Counted from the first letter of the stretch, positions 9,822-19,925 are shown. The stretch is DNA of 64,000 nt from an uncultured Planctomycetales bacterium (GCA_964619955.1 CAZUJF010000027.1:1134-65133), one strand, 5' to 3'. Made by a program: numbers and translations. The notes: generated by a model not told the origin, from the sequence alone.

Positions 9822-10826
9822 CTAGTTTATCCCATCCGGCGAGTGGAGGGTCCGGAAAAGCTCCTGGATGAGCTCCTTCAGGCCCGCCCCGGTCACCGCC
9901 GAGATCTGCAGCAGGGTCTTGAGTTTCAGCTTCTTCTTCAGGGCCTTCGCGCCCTCCGCGGCGCCCGTCGCGTCCATCTTCGTGGCCACGACGATCTCGG
10001 GCTTCGCGCCGAGCACGGCGCTGTAGCTCTCCAGCTCCTTCCGGATCGCGGCATAGGCCTTCGCCGGCGGCTGCAGCGCCTCCGGCGAGCAGTCGACCAG
10101 ATGCACGATGAGCCGGGTCCGCTCGATGTGCTTGAGGAATTGGTCCCCGAGCCCCTTCCCCTCATGGGCGCCCTCGATGATGCCGGGAAGATCGGCGACG
10201 ACCACGTCCCGGTAGTCGGATCCGCGGATGACGCCGAGGTTCGGGATCAGCGTGGTGAACGGATAGTTGGCGATTTTCGGGCGGGCCGACGAAACCCGGC
10301 CGATCAGGGTGGATTTCCCGGCGTTGGGCAGGCCGACGAGGCCCACGTCCGCGATCATCTTGAGCTCGAGCTTGATGTGGCGCTCGACCCCCGGCTGGCC
10401 GAGTTCCGCCTTGCGGGGCGTCTGGCGGGAGGCGGTGGCGAAATGCTGGTTGCCCCGGCCGCCCCGGCCGCCCTTGCACACGACGAGGCGGTCCCCCGGC
10501 CGGGCCAGGTCCTTCAGGAGCACGTTCCGCTCGATGTCCCGCACCAGGGTCCCGACGGGGACCCGGATCAGCAGGTCCCGGCCGCCCTTCCCCGAGCAGT
10601 TCTTGTTCGATCCGTTCTCGCCGCTCTGGGCGACGAAGCGGGGCTGGTGGGTGAGATGGTAGAGCGTGTTGTAGTTTTCGTCCGCCACGAGGATGACGTC
10701 GCCGCCCCGGCCGCCGTCGCCGCCGGCGGGCCCCCCCTTGGGCATGTTGCTCTCGCGGATGAAGGCGACGCTGCCGTTGCCGCCGGACCCCGCCTTCATG
10801 CGGGCGATGTGCTCGTCTCGGAACAT
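9822..10826 (-). CDS. obgE: GTPase Obg/CgtA
   Basis: Gly-rich Obg fold (GGDGGRGG); GLPNAGKST; YPFTT; DLPG. Confidence 0.96.
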   Translation of the reverse strand: MFRDEHIARMKAGSGGNGSVAFIRESNMPKGGPAGGDGGRGGDVILVADENYNTLYHLTHQPRFVAQSGENGSNKNCSGKGGRDLLIRVPVGTLVRDIERNVLLKDLARPGDRLVVCKGGRGGRGNQHFATASRQTPRKAELGQPGVERHIKLELKMIADVGLVGLPNAGKSTLIGRVSSARPKIANYPFTTLIPNLGVIRGSDYRDVVVADLPGIIEGAHEGKGLGDQFLKHIERTRLIVHLVDCSPEALQPPAKAYAAIRKELESYSAVLGAKPEIVVATKMDATGAAEGAKALKKKLKLKTLLQISAVTGAGLKELIQELFRTLHSPDGIN

Positions 10827-10960
10827 GGGAAGTGAAGCCTACCGCGCCCGTCGGGAAAAAATCAACGGGAAGGCCGGCCCGACGCGGACCCGTCCCGGGC
10901 TGGAAAGGAAGCGTCCCAAGGCGCCGCCGGGAACGTCAGCCGCCGGGTTCGCGAAGGGGC

Positions 10961-11275
10961 TTAGCCCTTCACGATGTCGGTGATCTTGACGGTGGTGAGG
11001 CGGGACCGATGGCCGCGCAGGCGGTGGTACCCCTCGCGGCGACGATACTTGAAGACGCGAACCTTCTCGCCCTTGAAGTTCTTCACCACCTCGGCCAGGA
11101 CCTTGGCGCCCTTGACGAGCGGCTTCCCGATCTCGGCCTTCTGACCGTCGTGGTACAGGACCACGTCGGTAAACTCGACCTTGGAGCCCTCATCCGGGCC
11201 CTGGCGGTCGAGCTCGAGGGTGACGCCCTTCTCGGCGCGGTACTGGCGTCCGCCGTTCTTGAAAATCGCGTACAT
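10961..11275 (-). CDS. rplU: 50S ribosomal protein L21
   Basis: MYAIFKNGGRQY...FKYRRREGYHRLRGHR. Confidence 0.96.
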   Translation of the reverse strand: MYAIFKNGGRQYRAEKGVTLELDRQGPDEGSKVEFTDVVLYHDGQKAEIGKPLVKGAKVLAEVVKNFKGEKVRVFKYRRREGYHRLRGHRSRLTTVKITDIVKG

Positions 11276-11322
11276 AGGGCCGATCTTTATATCAGAGGGT
11301 CGGATCCAACACAAGGCCTATT

Positions 11323-12858
11323 TCAACGGACGAAATCGTAGACCTTCTCCCCGGCCGGATTGTAGCAGGAGAACTCCACCCGGTTGGACGCCAGCTCCCG
11401 CGTGGGCGTCAGATGGATGCGCTTCTTGTGCTTCTCCTCGAGCGCCTTGAGCTCCTCGAGGCGTCCCTTGAAGTAGCCCGCCACCTCGGGGCTCACCCGG
11501 GCCTCCACGAGGGCGATGTCCTCGCGGTCGAGCGTGCCCTTGAGCGCCCGCATCACCTCGAGGCCCATCGACTCGATGTTCTTCACGAATCCCGTGCCCC
11601 CGCAGGCCGGACAGGGCTCGCTGGAGACCACCTGCAGGCTCGGGCGGGTCTTCTGCCGGGCGATCTGCAGGAGGCAGAATTGCGACAAGGGCAGGATCAC
11701 CATCTGCGCGCGGTCCTTCTTGGACTCCTCCCGGACCAGCGCCTCCAGCTCGCGGCGGTGGCGCTCCGCCTTCATGTCGATGAAGTCGACGACGATGATG
11801 CCGCCCAGGTCGCGCAGGCGGAGCTGGCGCATGAGCTCGACGGCCGCCTCCTGGTTCGTCTTCAGGGCGAGGTCCTCGGGGCTGGCCTCCCGGACGAGCT
11901 TCCCCGAATTCACGTCGATCGCGGTCATCCCCTCGGTGGGCTCGATGATGAGCGAACCGCCCGAAGGCAGGTGGACGACCCGGCTCGCCAGCTGCTCGAT
12001 CTGGTATTCCAGGTCGTGCCGCTGGAAGAGCGGCATGGGGTCCTCGTAGAGTTCGAGCCGGTCCCGGAAGCGGGGCATCACGTGGTCGAAGAACTCGCAG
12101 AGGCGCGCGTGGACCGTCTTGTCGTCGACGATCACCCGGCGGATGTCGGACTGGAAGAAGTCGCGCACCGTGCGAAGCACGAGCTCCGTCTCCTGGTACA
12201 GCGTCGCCGGGGCGTGCGCCTCGCGGGCCCGCTGCTCCACGGACCCCCAGACCCGCTGGAGGTACTCGAAGTCGTTGCGGAGGTCCTGCGCCGTGGTGTC
12301 CGCGGACGACGTCCGCACGATGAAGCCGACATTCGAGGGCTGCTCCCCCGTCAGCTCCTTCATGAGGGATTTCAGCTGCGCCCGCTGTTCCGGCTGCGTG
12401 ATCTTCTTGGACACCCCCACCTTGGTCGTCAGGGGCGTGAGAACGAGAAAGCGTCCGGGCAGCGAGATCTCCATCGAGACCGAGGGGCCCTTTTCGCCGA
12501 AGGAATCGCGGATGACCTGGACGACGACCTCCTGCCCCGGCTTGAGCAGGTTCTGGATGAGGCGACGGGGCCCCGGGGAGGCCTTGCCCCGCTGCGGCCG
12601 GTGGTAGGGCTCCTCCCCCTCGCCCACGGTCTCCGAGACGTGCAGGAAGGCGTTCCGGTCGAGCCCCAGGTTCACGAAGGCGGCCTGGAGGCTCGCATGC
12701 ACGTTCTCCACCCGGCCCTTGTAGAGGTTGCCGACGAGGGTTTCGTGGCTGCTCCGCTCGACATGCAGGTCCTCGAGCCGGGAGTCCCGCGCCACCGCGA
12801 TCCGGGTCTCCTCCTTCTCGCGGGCGTTGACCAGCATCCAGCGCTCGCCGCCGCTCAT
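11323..12858 (-). CDS. rne: Ribonuclease E/G family
   Basis: Start MSGGERWMLVN; S1 domain (GNLYKGRV, LQAAFV, AFLH); DVNSG; DLGGIIVVDFIDM; C-terminal CxxC. Confidence 0.9.
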   Translation of the reverse strand: MSGGERWMLVNAREKEETRIAVARDSRLEDLHVERSSHETLVGNLYKGRVENVHASLQAAFVNLGLDRNAFLHVSETVGEGEEPYHRPQRGKASPGPRRLIQNLLKPGQEVVVQVIRDSFGEKGPSVSMEISLPGRFLVLTPLTTKVGVSKKITQPEQRAQLKSLMKELTGEQPSNVGFIVRTSSADTTAQDLRNDFEYLQRVWGSVEQRAREAHAPATLYQETELVLRTVRDFFQSDIRRVIVDDKTVHARLCEFFDHVMPRFRDRLELYEDPMPLFQRHDLEYQIEQLASRVVHLPSGGSLIIEPTEGMTAIDVNSGKLVREASPEDLALKTNQEAAVELMRQLRLRDLGGIIVVDFIDMKAERHRRELEALVREESKKDRAQMVILPLSQFCLLQIARQKTRPSLQVVSSEPCPACGGTGFVKNIESMGLEVMRALKGTLDREDIALVEARVSPEVAGYFKGRLEELKALEEKHKKRIHLTPTRELASNRVEFSCYNPAGEKVYDFVR

Positions 12859-13484
12859 GGCCGCTCCGCCAGTTGCGTGAAGGTCTTCTTGATGCGCACC
12901 CGGCCGTCGACCGCGATGCCGATCGAGCGCAAAACCTCCTCGGGTTTCGCCGTCCCCTGGTCCGTCACCCGGATCCGCAGATAGACCCGGCCCCCTTCGC
13001 CCTCGACCGCCAGCGCATACTTGCGGACGTCCACCATCTTGGACCCCTTGTCGCTCTTGCGCTCGACGGGACACTCCTTGAGGGCCAGGAAGGCCCGGAC
13101 GCGTTCGCTGAAATCCGCGGCCGGGTCGGGACAGAGGGCCTCGTATTCGACGTAGTCCACGTAGGAGCGCTTCTTGTGGTCGAAAGCCTCCGCGGACGTG
13201 ATCCCGACCCCCTCCGGAAGCTGCTCCCGCAGCCGGGATTCGATCTGGCGCGGGGAAACCCAGCTCGTCAGCTCGAATTCGAGGATCTCGTCCGAGGACT
13301 CGATGCCCAGCCCCAGGGCCGTGGGAAAGGCCAGGATGGGATGGGGGTTGTACCCCTCGGTCATGCGCAGCGGAAGCTCGGTCCGCCGGAACGTGCGCTC
13401 GAACAGCCGCATCAGGTCGTGATGCGACAGAAAGCGCATCCGCCCGGTCTTCGAAAAGCGGACCCGGAACGCGAATATGTTCAT
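12855..13484 (-). CDS. TIGR03936-type radical SAM-linked protein (DUF2344)
   Basis: RVRFSKTGRMRFLSHHDLMRLFERTFRR...GYNPHP..AFPTALGLG; usual position upstream of rne. Confidence 0.85.
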   Translation of the reverse strand: MNIFAFRVRFSKTGRMRFLSHHDLMRLFERTFRRTELPLRMTEGYNPHPILAFPTALGLGIESSDEILEFELTSWVSPRQIESRLREQLPEGVGITSAEAFDHKKRSYVDYVEYEALCPDPAADFSERVRAFLALKECPVERKSDKGSKMVDVRKYALAVEGEGGRVYLRIRVTDQGTAKPEEVLRSIGIAVDGRVRIKKTFTQLAERP

Positions 13485-13654
13485 GCCTCGGCGGGGAGGG
13501 AGAGGTGGGGACGCAGCGCCGGCCGGCAGGGCGGATCCGCCCGGCCGTACAACCAAATTTTATCGCGCCCCCCGCCGCGGCGGGGCGACGCCGTCCCCAG
13601 CGCTCCCCGCCCGTCGGGGCACACGCCGTCCGGGCCCCTCGGGCCCGGTTCATG

Positions 13655-13692
13655 AAAACCCCCGGCCGCCCCTTCTCAGGGACGGCCGGGGG
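13655..13692 (-). terminator. Intrinsic terminator after the secretin gene
   Basis: Minus strand CCCCCGGCCGTCCC-TGAGAA-GGGGCGGCCGGGGG followed by TTTT. Confidence 0.75.
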
Positions 13693-13716
13693 AATCTTGT
13701 CCTGGTGCCGCCCGCC

Positions 13717-15597
13717 CTACTTCTGGGGCTGGGCCGCTTCCTTCTTGCGGGATTCCTCGAACTCCTTGCGCTCCTGCTCCTCCCGGAGCTTCAGGAGCTG
13801 CTGCAAGGTCTCGCTGGCGCCGCGCCCGCGGCGCACGATCCGCGGCGTGAGGAAGATGAGCAGATGCTCCTTCGTCACGTCGTCGGAACGCCGCTTGAAG
13901 AGGTAATTGATCAGGGGGATGTCCTTCAGGACCGGGACGCCCTTGTCCTCGTACGTGGTCCGCTCGACCACCAGGCCGCCGAGCACCGCGGTGCGGCCGC
14001 TCTCCACCACCAGCCGGGAGACGACCTGCGTCTGCGAAATGCGGGGCAGGTCGATCGACTGGTCGGCCCCGTTGCTGACCAGGGTGAACCGCACGAAGCC
14101 CGGCACCGCCGCGCCCGTCGAGGGGCCCGACAGGACCTCGTTCTGCGGGATCACCGTGAGGATGACCCGGTTCGACTCGGAGACGATCTTCGGCACCACG
14201 AAGAGCTGGAAGCCGACCTTCACGGGCGACTTGGCCGCCTCGCCCAGCGAGAATTCCAGGCCGCCGAACTGGTTCGTCGTCGTCCGGACTTCCGCGTAGC
14301 TGATGGTCTCGCCCACGAAGATCGTGGCTTCCGTGTTGTCGAGCACCGCCAGCGTGGGCTCCTGCAGGATGCGGGAATACTGGTCCTGCTTGAAGGCGCG
14401 GAAGAGCAGCGTGCCGTCCCAGGACGACAGGAAGAGCTGCTCCTGACCCACGCCGCCCGTCTCCCGGCCCAGGCCGAAGGGCAGCTTCGTGATCTTGCCG
14501 GAAACCGTCTCTCCCTGCACCGTGGTGTAGGAGGTCGGGTTCAGGATCCGGGTGCTCGTCTCGAAGCCGTCCTTGCCGCCGAAGGACCAGTTCACGCCGA
14601 ACTCCAGCAGGTCGCGGTTCGTCGTGGAGACGAACTTCACGTCCAGGATCACCTGCTCGGGCTCGATGTCCAGCTGGGCGATGACTTCGCCCACCTTGTC
14701 CAGAACCACCTTCGTGTCGCGCACGACGAAGATGTTCTGCTGGGGGTCGAAATCCAGCTTGCCCAGCGTCCGGTTGCTGGCGTCGCGGGAAAGCACGGTC
14801 TCAAGGACCTGCTTGAGGACGAAGCGCTTCAGGATTTCCTCGATCGTCGTCGGAGGCGTCACCGGCTTGCCGCTGAGCGTCTTGCCCTCCTCGACCTTCG
14901 CCTGGTACAGCGAGGGAGGCTGGATGTACTTCAACGGGAACACCCGGGTCTCCATCTGCTTGAGCAGTTCGTCCGGATGGATGATCCGGATGATGCCGAA
15001 GCTTTCCCGGACCGTCGTGAAATTCAGCGTCTTCACGACCGCGTCCAGGACCTCGGACCACGGCACGTTGTTGATCGACAGGGTGATCGTGCCCTTCACG
15101 TCGGGCGAGATGATCAGGTTGGCCCCGGACACCCGGGCGATCATGTCGATGACCACCTTGATGTCCGCGTCCCGGAAATTGAAGGTCAGGCGCGGGGGAC
15201 GGGACAGCATAATGAGCGACGCGCTCACCTGCTCGAGCGAGAGTTCCGCCTTCGCGACGAACGCGTCCAGCGCCGAGCGGACGAGCTCCTTCTCGACGAT
15301 AAACTCGTCGATCCGGAAATCCTCCGGGATGTTCTTCTTGTCCACGACGATGTTCCGGCCGGTCTGCCGGCGGAACTCGTCCACCACCTGGTCCACGGTC
15401 GCGTTGCGGACCTTGATGGTGACTTCCTGGCGCTCCCGCTGAAGCTGCTCCTCATAAGCCTCGCGAACTGCCTTGGCTTTGGGATCTTCAGCCTGCGCAT
15501 CCGCCTTGGCGGCGGCGGGCTTGGGTTCCTGGGACCAGGCGGCGGAGGCCCCCAGGGCCAGCGCGAACAACGTCAGCCAGACACGAGCGCCGTTCAT
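13717..15597 (-). CDS. Secretin (PilQ/GspD family)
   Basis: Signal peptide; N-domains (NFRDADIKVVIDMIARVSGANLII); secretin core (PTLAVLDNTEATIFVGE, VESGRTAVLGGL, PVLKDIPLINYLF, LLIFLTPRIV). Confidence 0.9.
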   Translation of the reverse strand: MNGARVWLTLFALALGASAAWSQEPKPAAAKADAQAEDPKAKAVREAYEEQLQRERQEVTIKVRNATVDQVVDEFRRQTGRNIVVDKKNIPEDFRIDEFIVEKELVRSALDAFVAKAELSLEQVSASLIMLSRPPRLTFNFRDADIKVVIDMIARVSGANLIISPDVKGTITLSINNVPWSEVLDAVVKTLNFTTVRESFGIIRIIHPDELLKQMETRVFPLKYIQPPSLYQAKVEEGKTLSGKPVTPPTTIEEILKRFVLKQVLETVLSRDASNRTLGKLDFDPQQNIFVVRDTKVVLDKVGEVIAQLDIEPEQVILDVKFVSTTNRDLLEFGVNWSFGGKDGFETSTRILNPTSYTTVQGETVSGKITKLPFGLGRETGGVGQEQLFLSSWDGTLLFRAFKQDQYSRILQEPTLAVLDNTEATIFVGETISYAEVRTTTNQFGGLEFSLGEAAKSPVKVGFQLFVVPKIVSESNRVILTVIPQNEVLSGPSTGAAVPGFVRFTLVSNGADQSIDLPRISQTQVVSRLVVESGRTAVLGGLVVERTTYEDKGVPVLKDIPLINYLFKRRSDDVTKEHLLIFLTPRIVRRGRGASETLQQLLKLREEQERKEFEESRKKEAAQPQK

Positions 15598-15711
15598 CGT
15601 CCAAGCTCCACTAAAAGATTTCCCTGCCATCTTCGGCCCCCGGCAACACCAGTACAGGCGCCGGCCCGATCCCGCAAACCCTCCTGTCCCCTCTCCGCAC
15701 GGTTGCCGGCC

Positions 15712-17373
15712 CTACTTCTGCCGGATCGGGATGTCCCGGGTCTCCTCCCGGAGCGACACCTGGATGCCGTGCGCCCAGATCTTCTCGACCCGGACCCCCT
15801 CGCCATCCACCGTGTCCCCGACACGATACATCTTCTCGTTCACCACCGCCAGTCGATCCGGCTTCATGAACCGGACAGGATGAATCGCGCCCACATGATG
15901 CCCGAACACCACGACCCGGGCATCCACGGGAATGAACTGATAGCTGTCATGAATGACCGTGCCGGTCAGGACCACCCGCTTCCGCGCCAGCTCCTGGCGC
16001 GTGCGGCATTTCGCCACCAGCGGCTCCAGCTCGCCGATCCAGCGGTTCACCTCGAGCAGCTCGGGCCGGTCCACGAGCTCCTTGCGCTCGAGGGCCGTCT
16101 TCTTCAGCTCGTCGATCCCCTTCTGCATCTCCTCGCACTCGTCCTTGTCGAAGTGCTGGAGCACCTTCACGTACACGCCGCGCAGCTTCTTCATGAGGCG
16201 GTCCAGGCCGCCCCAGATCTTTTCGGCCTCGTCCCGCAGACGCTCCACCTGCGCCAGCACGTCCGGGGGCTGGGGCTTCTCCGAATGCGACTTCTTCAGC
16301 GCGATGTAGACGTTCAGGATGCCGTCGTAGAGCTTCTGACCCTCGACCTCTCGATTGTCCTCTTTCGCGCGTCGCAGGTCCTCCAGGGTTTTCTGGGCTT
16401 CTTTCAGGCTGGTCAGGAACGTGTTTTCGTCGATGACGATCTGCGTCTTTTCAGCACCCTCTTTTCCGCCCCCCGTGGGACGGTTCATGACCGCCAGCTT
16501 GTCGAAGGGGTCCCGGCGGGCCCCCTGCCGGATGCGGGTGTCCTTGCCCACCGCGTCCAGCTCGTCCTTGACCAGGATCCGGCGCAGGCCGCTCCGGCTG
16601 ACTTCCTCGACGATGCGGCCGTACTTGTCGATGAACGCCTCCGTCAACTCCATGTCCCGCGTCGCGGACGGCGGCGGCTTCAGGTACACCACGTGCGTCA
16701 CGGGGATGTCCTTCTTGCCGAGATATTCGCGCTTCACGAAATCCTTGATCTCGATCTGCACCTCGGCGATCGGCGGCTTGTCGTCCTCGCGCGGCGCAAA
16801 GAGGGACACCTTCCGCGGGCCCGCCTTGGCCAGGTTCCCGCTCTGCCGGAGCGCCAGGAACATCAGAAAGCGGGAGAAGTAGATCTCCTCGTCGGCGATC
16901 GGATGCACCTTGCGGTTGGTGGACGACAGGGCGATCTCGATCTTCCGGCCCGAATCCTCCGGGAGGATCCGCGAATTGACGATCACGCCGTTGCGGATGT
17001 CCGTCCGCTCCATGTCCAGCGGGGAGAACGTGTCGTCCAGATGGGACTTCACCTTCAACGACTCCGTGAAGGGGAATTCCTTCTTCGTCGCCCCCGTGGG
17101 ATCCGGGAGCATCATCTCGAGTTCGGAATCGGCGTCGTACTTGTATTTCCAGGGCGTCCCCGGGGTGCCCTTGGCCACGGTCTCGTGGACGAAACCGACG
17201 TGGACGTCGCCCTGAAAAATCTTGTACCAGGAATCCAGGGACCCCACGAGCGTGACCCGGTCCTGGAGTCCGGCATCGGCGGGGACGACCGGCTTCTCCT
17301 GCCGGGCCTCGACGCCCAGACCCGCGGCGAAACACGCCGCTGAAGCGACAAGCACTCCCCAAACCCGACCCAT
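15712..17373 (-). CDS. Exported hypothetical protein with a C-terminal PilP/GspB-like domain
   Basis: Signal peptide; C-terminus LTGTV...LAVVNEKMYRVGDTVDGEGVRVEKI; immediately upstream of the secretin. Confidence 0.5.
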   Translation of the reverse strand: MGRVWGVLVASAACFAAGLGVEARQEKPVVPADAGLQDRVTLVGSLDSWYKIFQGDVHVGFVHETVAKGTPGTPWKYKYDADSELEMMLPDPTGATKKEFPFTESLKVKSHLDDTFSPLDMERTDIRNGVIVNSRILPEDSGRKIEIALSSTNRKVHPIADEEIYFSRFLMFLALRQSGNLAKAGPRKVSLFAPREDDKPPIAEVQIEIKDFVKREYLGKKDIPVTHVVYLKPPPSATRDMELTEAFIDKYGRIVEEVSRSGLRRILVKDELDAVGKDTRIRQGARRDPFDKLAVMNRPTGGGKEGAEKTQIVIDENTFLTSLKEAQKTLEDLRRAKEDNREVEGQKLYDGILNVYIALKKSHSEKPQPPDVLAQVERLRDEAEKIWGGLDRLMKKLRGVYVKVLQHFDKDECEEMQKGIDELKKTALERKELVDRPELLEVNRWIGELEPLVAKCRTRQELARKRVVLTGTVIHDSYQFIPVDARVVVFGHHVGAIHPVRFMKPDRLAVVNEKMYRVGDTVDGEGVRVEKIWAHGIQVSLREETRDIPIRQK

Positions 17374-17466
17374 ACCGCCTCCGTGTGGTGACTCGGAGCC
17401 TGAACTGTAGTCGAGTAATTATAGATCAGCGGGTGCCCATGTCAAATTTTTTCCCCGATAATGCCT

Positions 17467-17496
17467 TTGACCCCCTTTTTGGGCCCTTGATAGAAT
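17467..17496 (+). promoter_or_regulatory. Putative sigma70 promoter, probably leaderless
   Basis: TTGACC-18 bp-TAGAAT; ATG 8 bp downstream at 17505. Confidence 0.55.
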
Positions 17497-17504
17497 CCCA
17501 CCCC

Positions 17505-18527
17505 ATGGGCTCGCCCGCCATCCCCTGCGGCCAGTGCGGCACCCCGATCGTGGAGGCCGATCTCGAATCCGGCGCCGCCATTCATCTCAAGGGCCGCAGC
17601 TTCTGCGGCGCCTGCAAGGCGGATGCGGCCAAGGCCTTCTCCATCGAAGATCTGACGTCGACCAAGAGCGCCTCCGCCGGAAAACCGCCCGCTCCGCCCG
17701 CTCCCCCGGTGAAAAAAAAGCCGCCTGCAGCGCCCCCCGGACCGCCCGAACCTTCGCGCCTGCAGACCCGGAGGCGTCCGTCCCTCCCCTCCGCCTCCCC
17801 CCGGCATCCCCTGACGTTGCCCCTCCTCGGAGGCCTGGGAGCCGCCGCGGCCGTCGGAGGTTTGATTTTCTTCATCGTCGGCAGCCGGAACCCGGATCCG
17901 CCGCGGGGGGCGGCCACGAACCCGGCTCCCGTCCCCGCCGCGCAACCCGACCCCGCCCTTTCGCCGGCGGAGCAGGCCCGGCAGCTGTTCAAACAGGTCG
18001 AGACGCTGGCACGGAACGCGGACATCCCTCCCGACGAGATCCTCGCCCGGCTGGACAAGATGCTCCCCGCCCTCAAGGGCACCGAGTACGCCGCCAAGGC
18101 GGCCGACTTCCGCCAGGCGATCCAGAAGGAACGGGACGCCGCCCGCGGAGCGCTGGAACTGGAACCCGTCATCGCCGAGCTCAAGAAAAACGTCGCCGCC
18201 GACCCGGAGTTCCGGAATTTTCCGGCCCTGCGGGACCAGTTCCAGAAGGCGCGCGATCTCGCCGCCCGCTCCGCCCCGGCCCGCACCCCGGAGATCCAGC
18301 GGCTCCAGTCGGACTACAACACCCGCTACGAAAAAGCGGCCGAGCCCTACTACGCCGAGATCCATGAAGCCGCCACGGTCTACGCCGACGAGCGCCGCTA
18401 CGCCGACGCCCTGAAAAAGATCGAGACCTTTCCCGCCCACCTGCGTCACTCCGGCACCTGGAAGGGCCTCGCCCAGCTCAAGGCGGACGTCGAGAAGCGC
18501 GCGAAGATCCTTCCTCCGAAGAAATAA
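17505..18527 (+). CDS. Bitopic membrane hypothetical protein with an N-terminal CxxC...CxxC zinc-finger-like domain
   Basis: CGQC...FCGAC; Pro-rich linker; one TM; helical C-terminal region. Confidence 0.65.
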   Translation: MGSPAIPCGQCGTPIVEADLESGAAIHLKGRSFCGACKADAAKAFSIEDLTSTKSASAGKPPAPPAPPVKKKPPAAPPGPPEPSRLQTRRRPSLPSASPRHPLTLPLLGGLGAAAAVGGLIFFIVGSRNPDPPRGAATNPAPVPAAQPDPALSPAEQARQLFKQVETLARNADIPPDEILARLDKMLPALKGTEYAAKAADFRQAIQKERDAARGALELEPVIAELKKNVAADPEFRNFPALRDQFQKARDLAARSAPARTPEIQRLQSDYNTRYEKAAEPYYAEIHEAATVYADERRYADALKKIETFPAHLRHSGTWKGLAQLKADVEKRAKILPPKK

Positions 18528-18530
18528 TCG

Positions 18531-19133
18531 ATGATCCTCGTCGTCGACAACTACGACTCCTTCACCTGGAACATCGTCCAGGCCCTCGGGACCCTCGGCG
18601 CCGCCGTCGACGTCGTCCGCAACGACGCCCTCACCCCCGAAGAAGTGGAGGAGCGCGCCCCGGAACGGATCATCCTCTCCCCGGGCCCCTGCACCCCCGA
18701 CGAAGCCGGCATCTGCCTCCGCCTCCTGCAGCGTCTCGCCGGACGCCTCCCCATCCTCGGCGTCTGCCTCGGCCACCAGTGCCTCGCCCGGGCCTTCGGC
18801 GGCCGCGTCGTCCGCGCCGCCCGCCCCGTCCATGGAAAAACCAGCCTCGTGCGGCACGACGGCCTCGGTCTCTACGCGGGCCTGCCTGACCCCTTCGAAG
18901 CCATGCGCTACCACTCGCTGATCGTCGAGGAATCCTCCCTGCCGGCCGGATTCATCGTGAGCGCGCGAACGGAAGCCGGCGAGATCATGGGCCTCCGGCA
19001 CCGTCGTTGGCCCCTGGAGGGCGTCCAGTTCCACCCCGAGAGCTACCGCACCGGCGCCGGCCCGCAGCTGCTCCGCAACTTCCTCGCGCTCCCCGCCCCG
19101 GACGCTGGACTGCGCCCCCTTCAACGGATATAG
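18531..19133 (+). CDS. trpG: Anthranilate/aminodeoxychorismate synthase component II (glutamine amidotransferase)
   Basis: DNYDSFT; SPGP; GVCLGHQ; RYHSL; QFHPES. trpG and pabA cannot be distinguished from sequence. Confidence 0.88.
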   Translation: MILVVDNYDSFTWNIVQALGTLGAAVDVVRNDALTPEEVEERAPERIILSPGPCTPDEAGICLRLLQRLAGRLPILGVCLGHQCLARAFGGRVVRAARPVHGKTSLVRHDGLGLYAGLPDPFEAMRYHSLIVEESSLPAGFIVSARTEAGEIMGLRHRRWPLEGVQFHPESYRTGAGPQLLRNFLALPAPDAGLRPLQRI

Positions 19134-19134
19134 T
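19106..19134 (+). promoter_or_regulatory. Putative sigma70 promoter, probably leaderless
   Basis: TGGACT-17 bp-TATAGT; ATG 8 bp downstream at 19143. Confidence 0.5.
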
Positions 19135-19142
19135 TTTCGCCC

Positions 19143-19925
19143 ATGAACGATCTCCAGGGACAGTGGGCGCTCATCCTCGGCGCCTCCAGCGGCTTCGGCG
19201 AAGCGACCACCCTCGAACTCGCCCGCCGCGGCATGAACATCTGCGGCATCCACATGGACCGCAAGCAGACCCAGCCCAACGTCGAACGCATCACCGGCGA
19301 GATCCAGAAGCTCGGCCGGCAGGCCCTCTTCGTCAACATGAACGCCGCCGACGAGCTCAAGCGCAAGGAAGCCCTCGACGAGCTTGCGAAGAAGACGCCG
19401 ACCGTCAAGGTCGTCATGCACTCGCTCGCGTTCGGAACGCTGAAGCCCTTCCTGGCCGCCAAACCCGAGGACGCCATCAACAAGGCGCAGATGGACATGA
19501 CCCTCGACGTCATGGCCAACTCCCTCGTCTACTGGGCCCAGGACCTCTGGCAGCGCAAGATGCTCGTCAAGGGCTCGCGCCTCTTCGCGATGACCTCCGC
19601 CGGCTCGACCCGCATCTGGGCGAGCTACGGCGCCGTCTCCGCCGCGAAGTCCGCCCTCGAGAGCCACATCCGCCAGCTCGCCTTCGAGTTCGCCCCGCAC
19701 GGCGTCTCCGCCAACGCGATCCGCGCGGGCGTCACCGACACCCCCGCGCTGCGCAAGATCCCGGGCAACGAGCAGATGCTCGAGGGCACCCTGCAGCGCC
19801 ACCCCGCGCACCGCCTCACGACGCCCCAGGAGATCGCCTGCGCCATCGCCGCGCTGTCCGCGAAGGATCTCGACTGGATCACCGGCAACACCATCGGCGT
19901 CGACGGCGGCGAGATCTTGATCTAG
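19143..19925 (+). CDS. SDR-family enoyl-ACP reductase-like protein (FabI/FabL type)
   Basis: GASSGFG; Y-x6-K motif (YGAVSAAK); AGVTDTPAL. Confidence 0.75.
   Translation: MNDLQGQWALILGASSGFGEATTLELARRGMNICGIHMDRKQTQPNVERITGEIQKLGRQALFVNMNAADELKRKEALDELAKKTPTVKVVMHSLAFGTLKPFLAAKPEDAINKAQMDMTLDVMANSLVYWAQDLWQRKMLVKGSRLFAMTSAGSTRIWASYGAVSAAKSALESHIRQLAFEFAPHGVSANAIRAGVTDTPALRKIPGNEQMLEGTLQRHPAHRLTTPQEIACAIAALSAKDLDWITGNTIGVDGGEILI

Noticed and set aside
10890-10925. GGAAAGGAAGC segment resembling SRP RNA helix 8
   Set aside because: The CAGG/AGCAG internal-loop consensus and stem pairing are not met.
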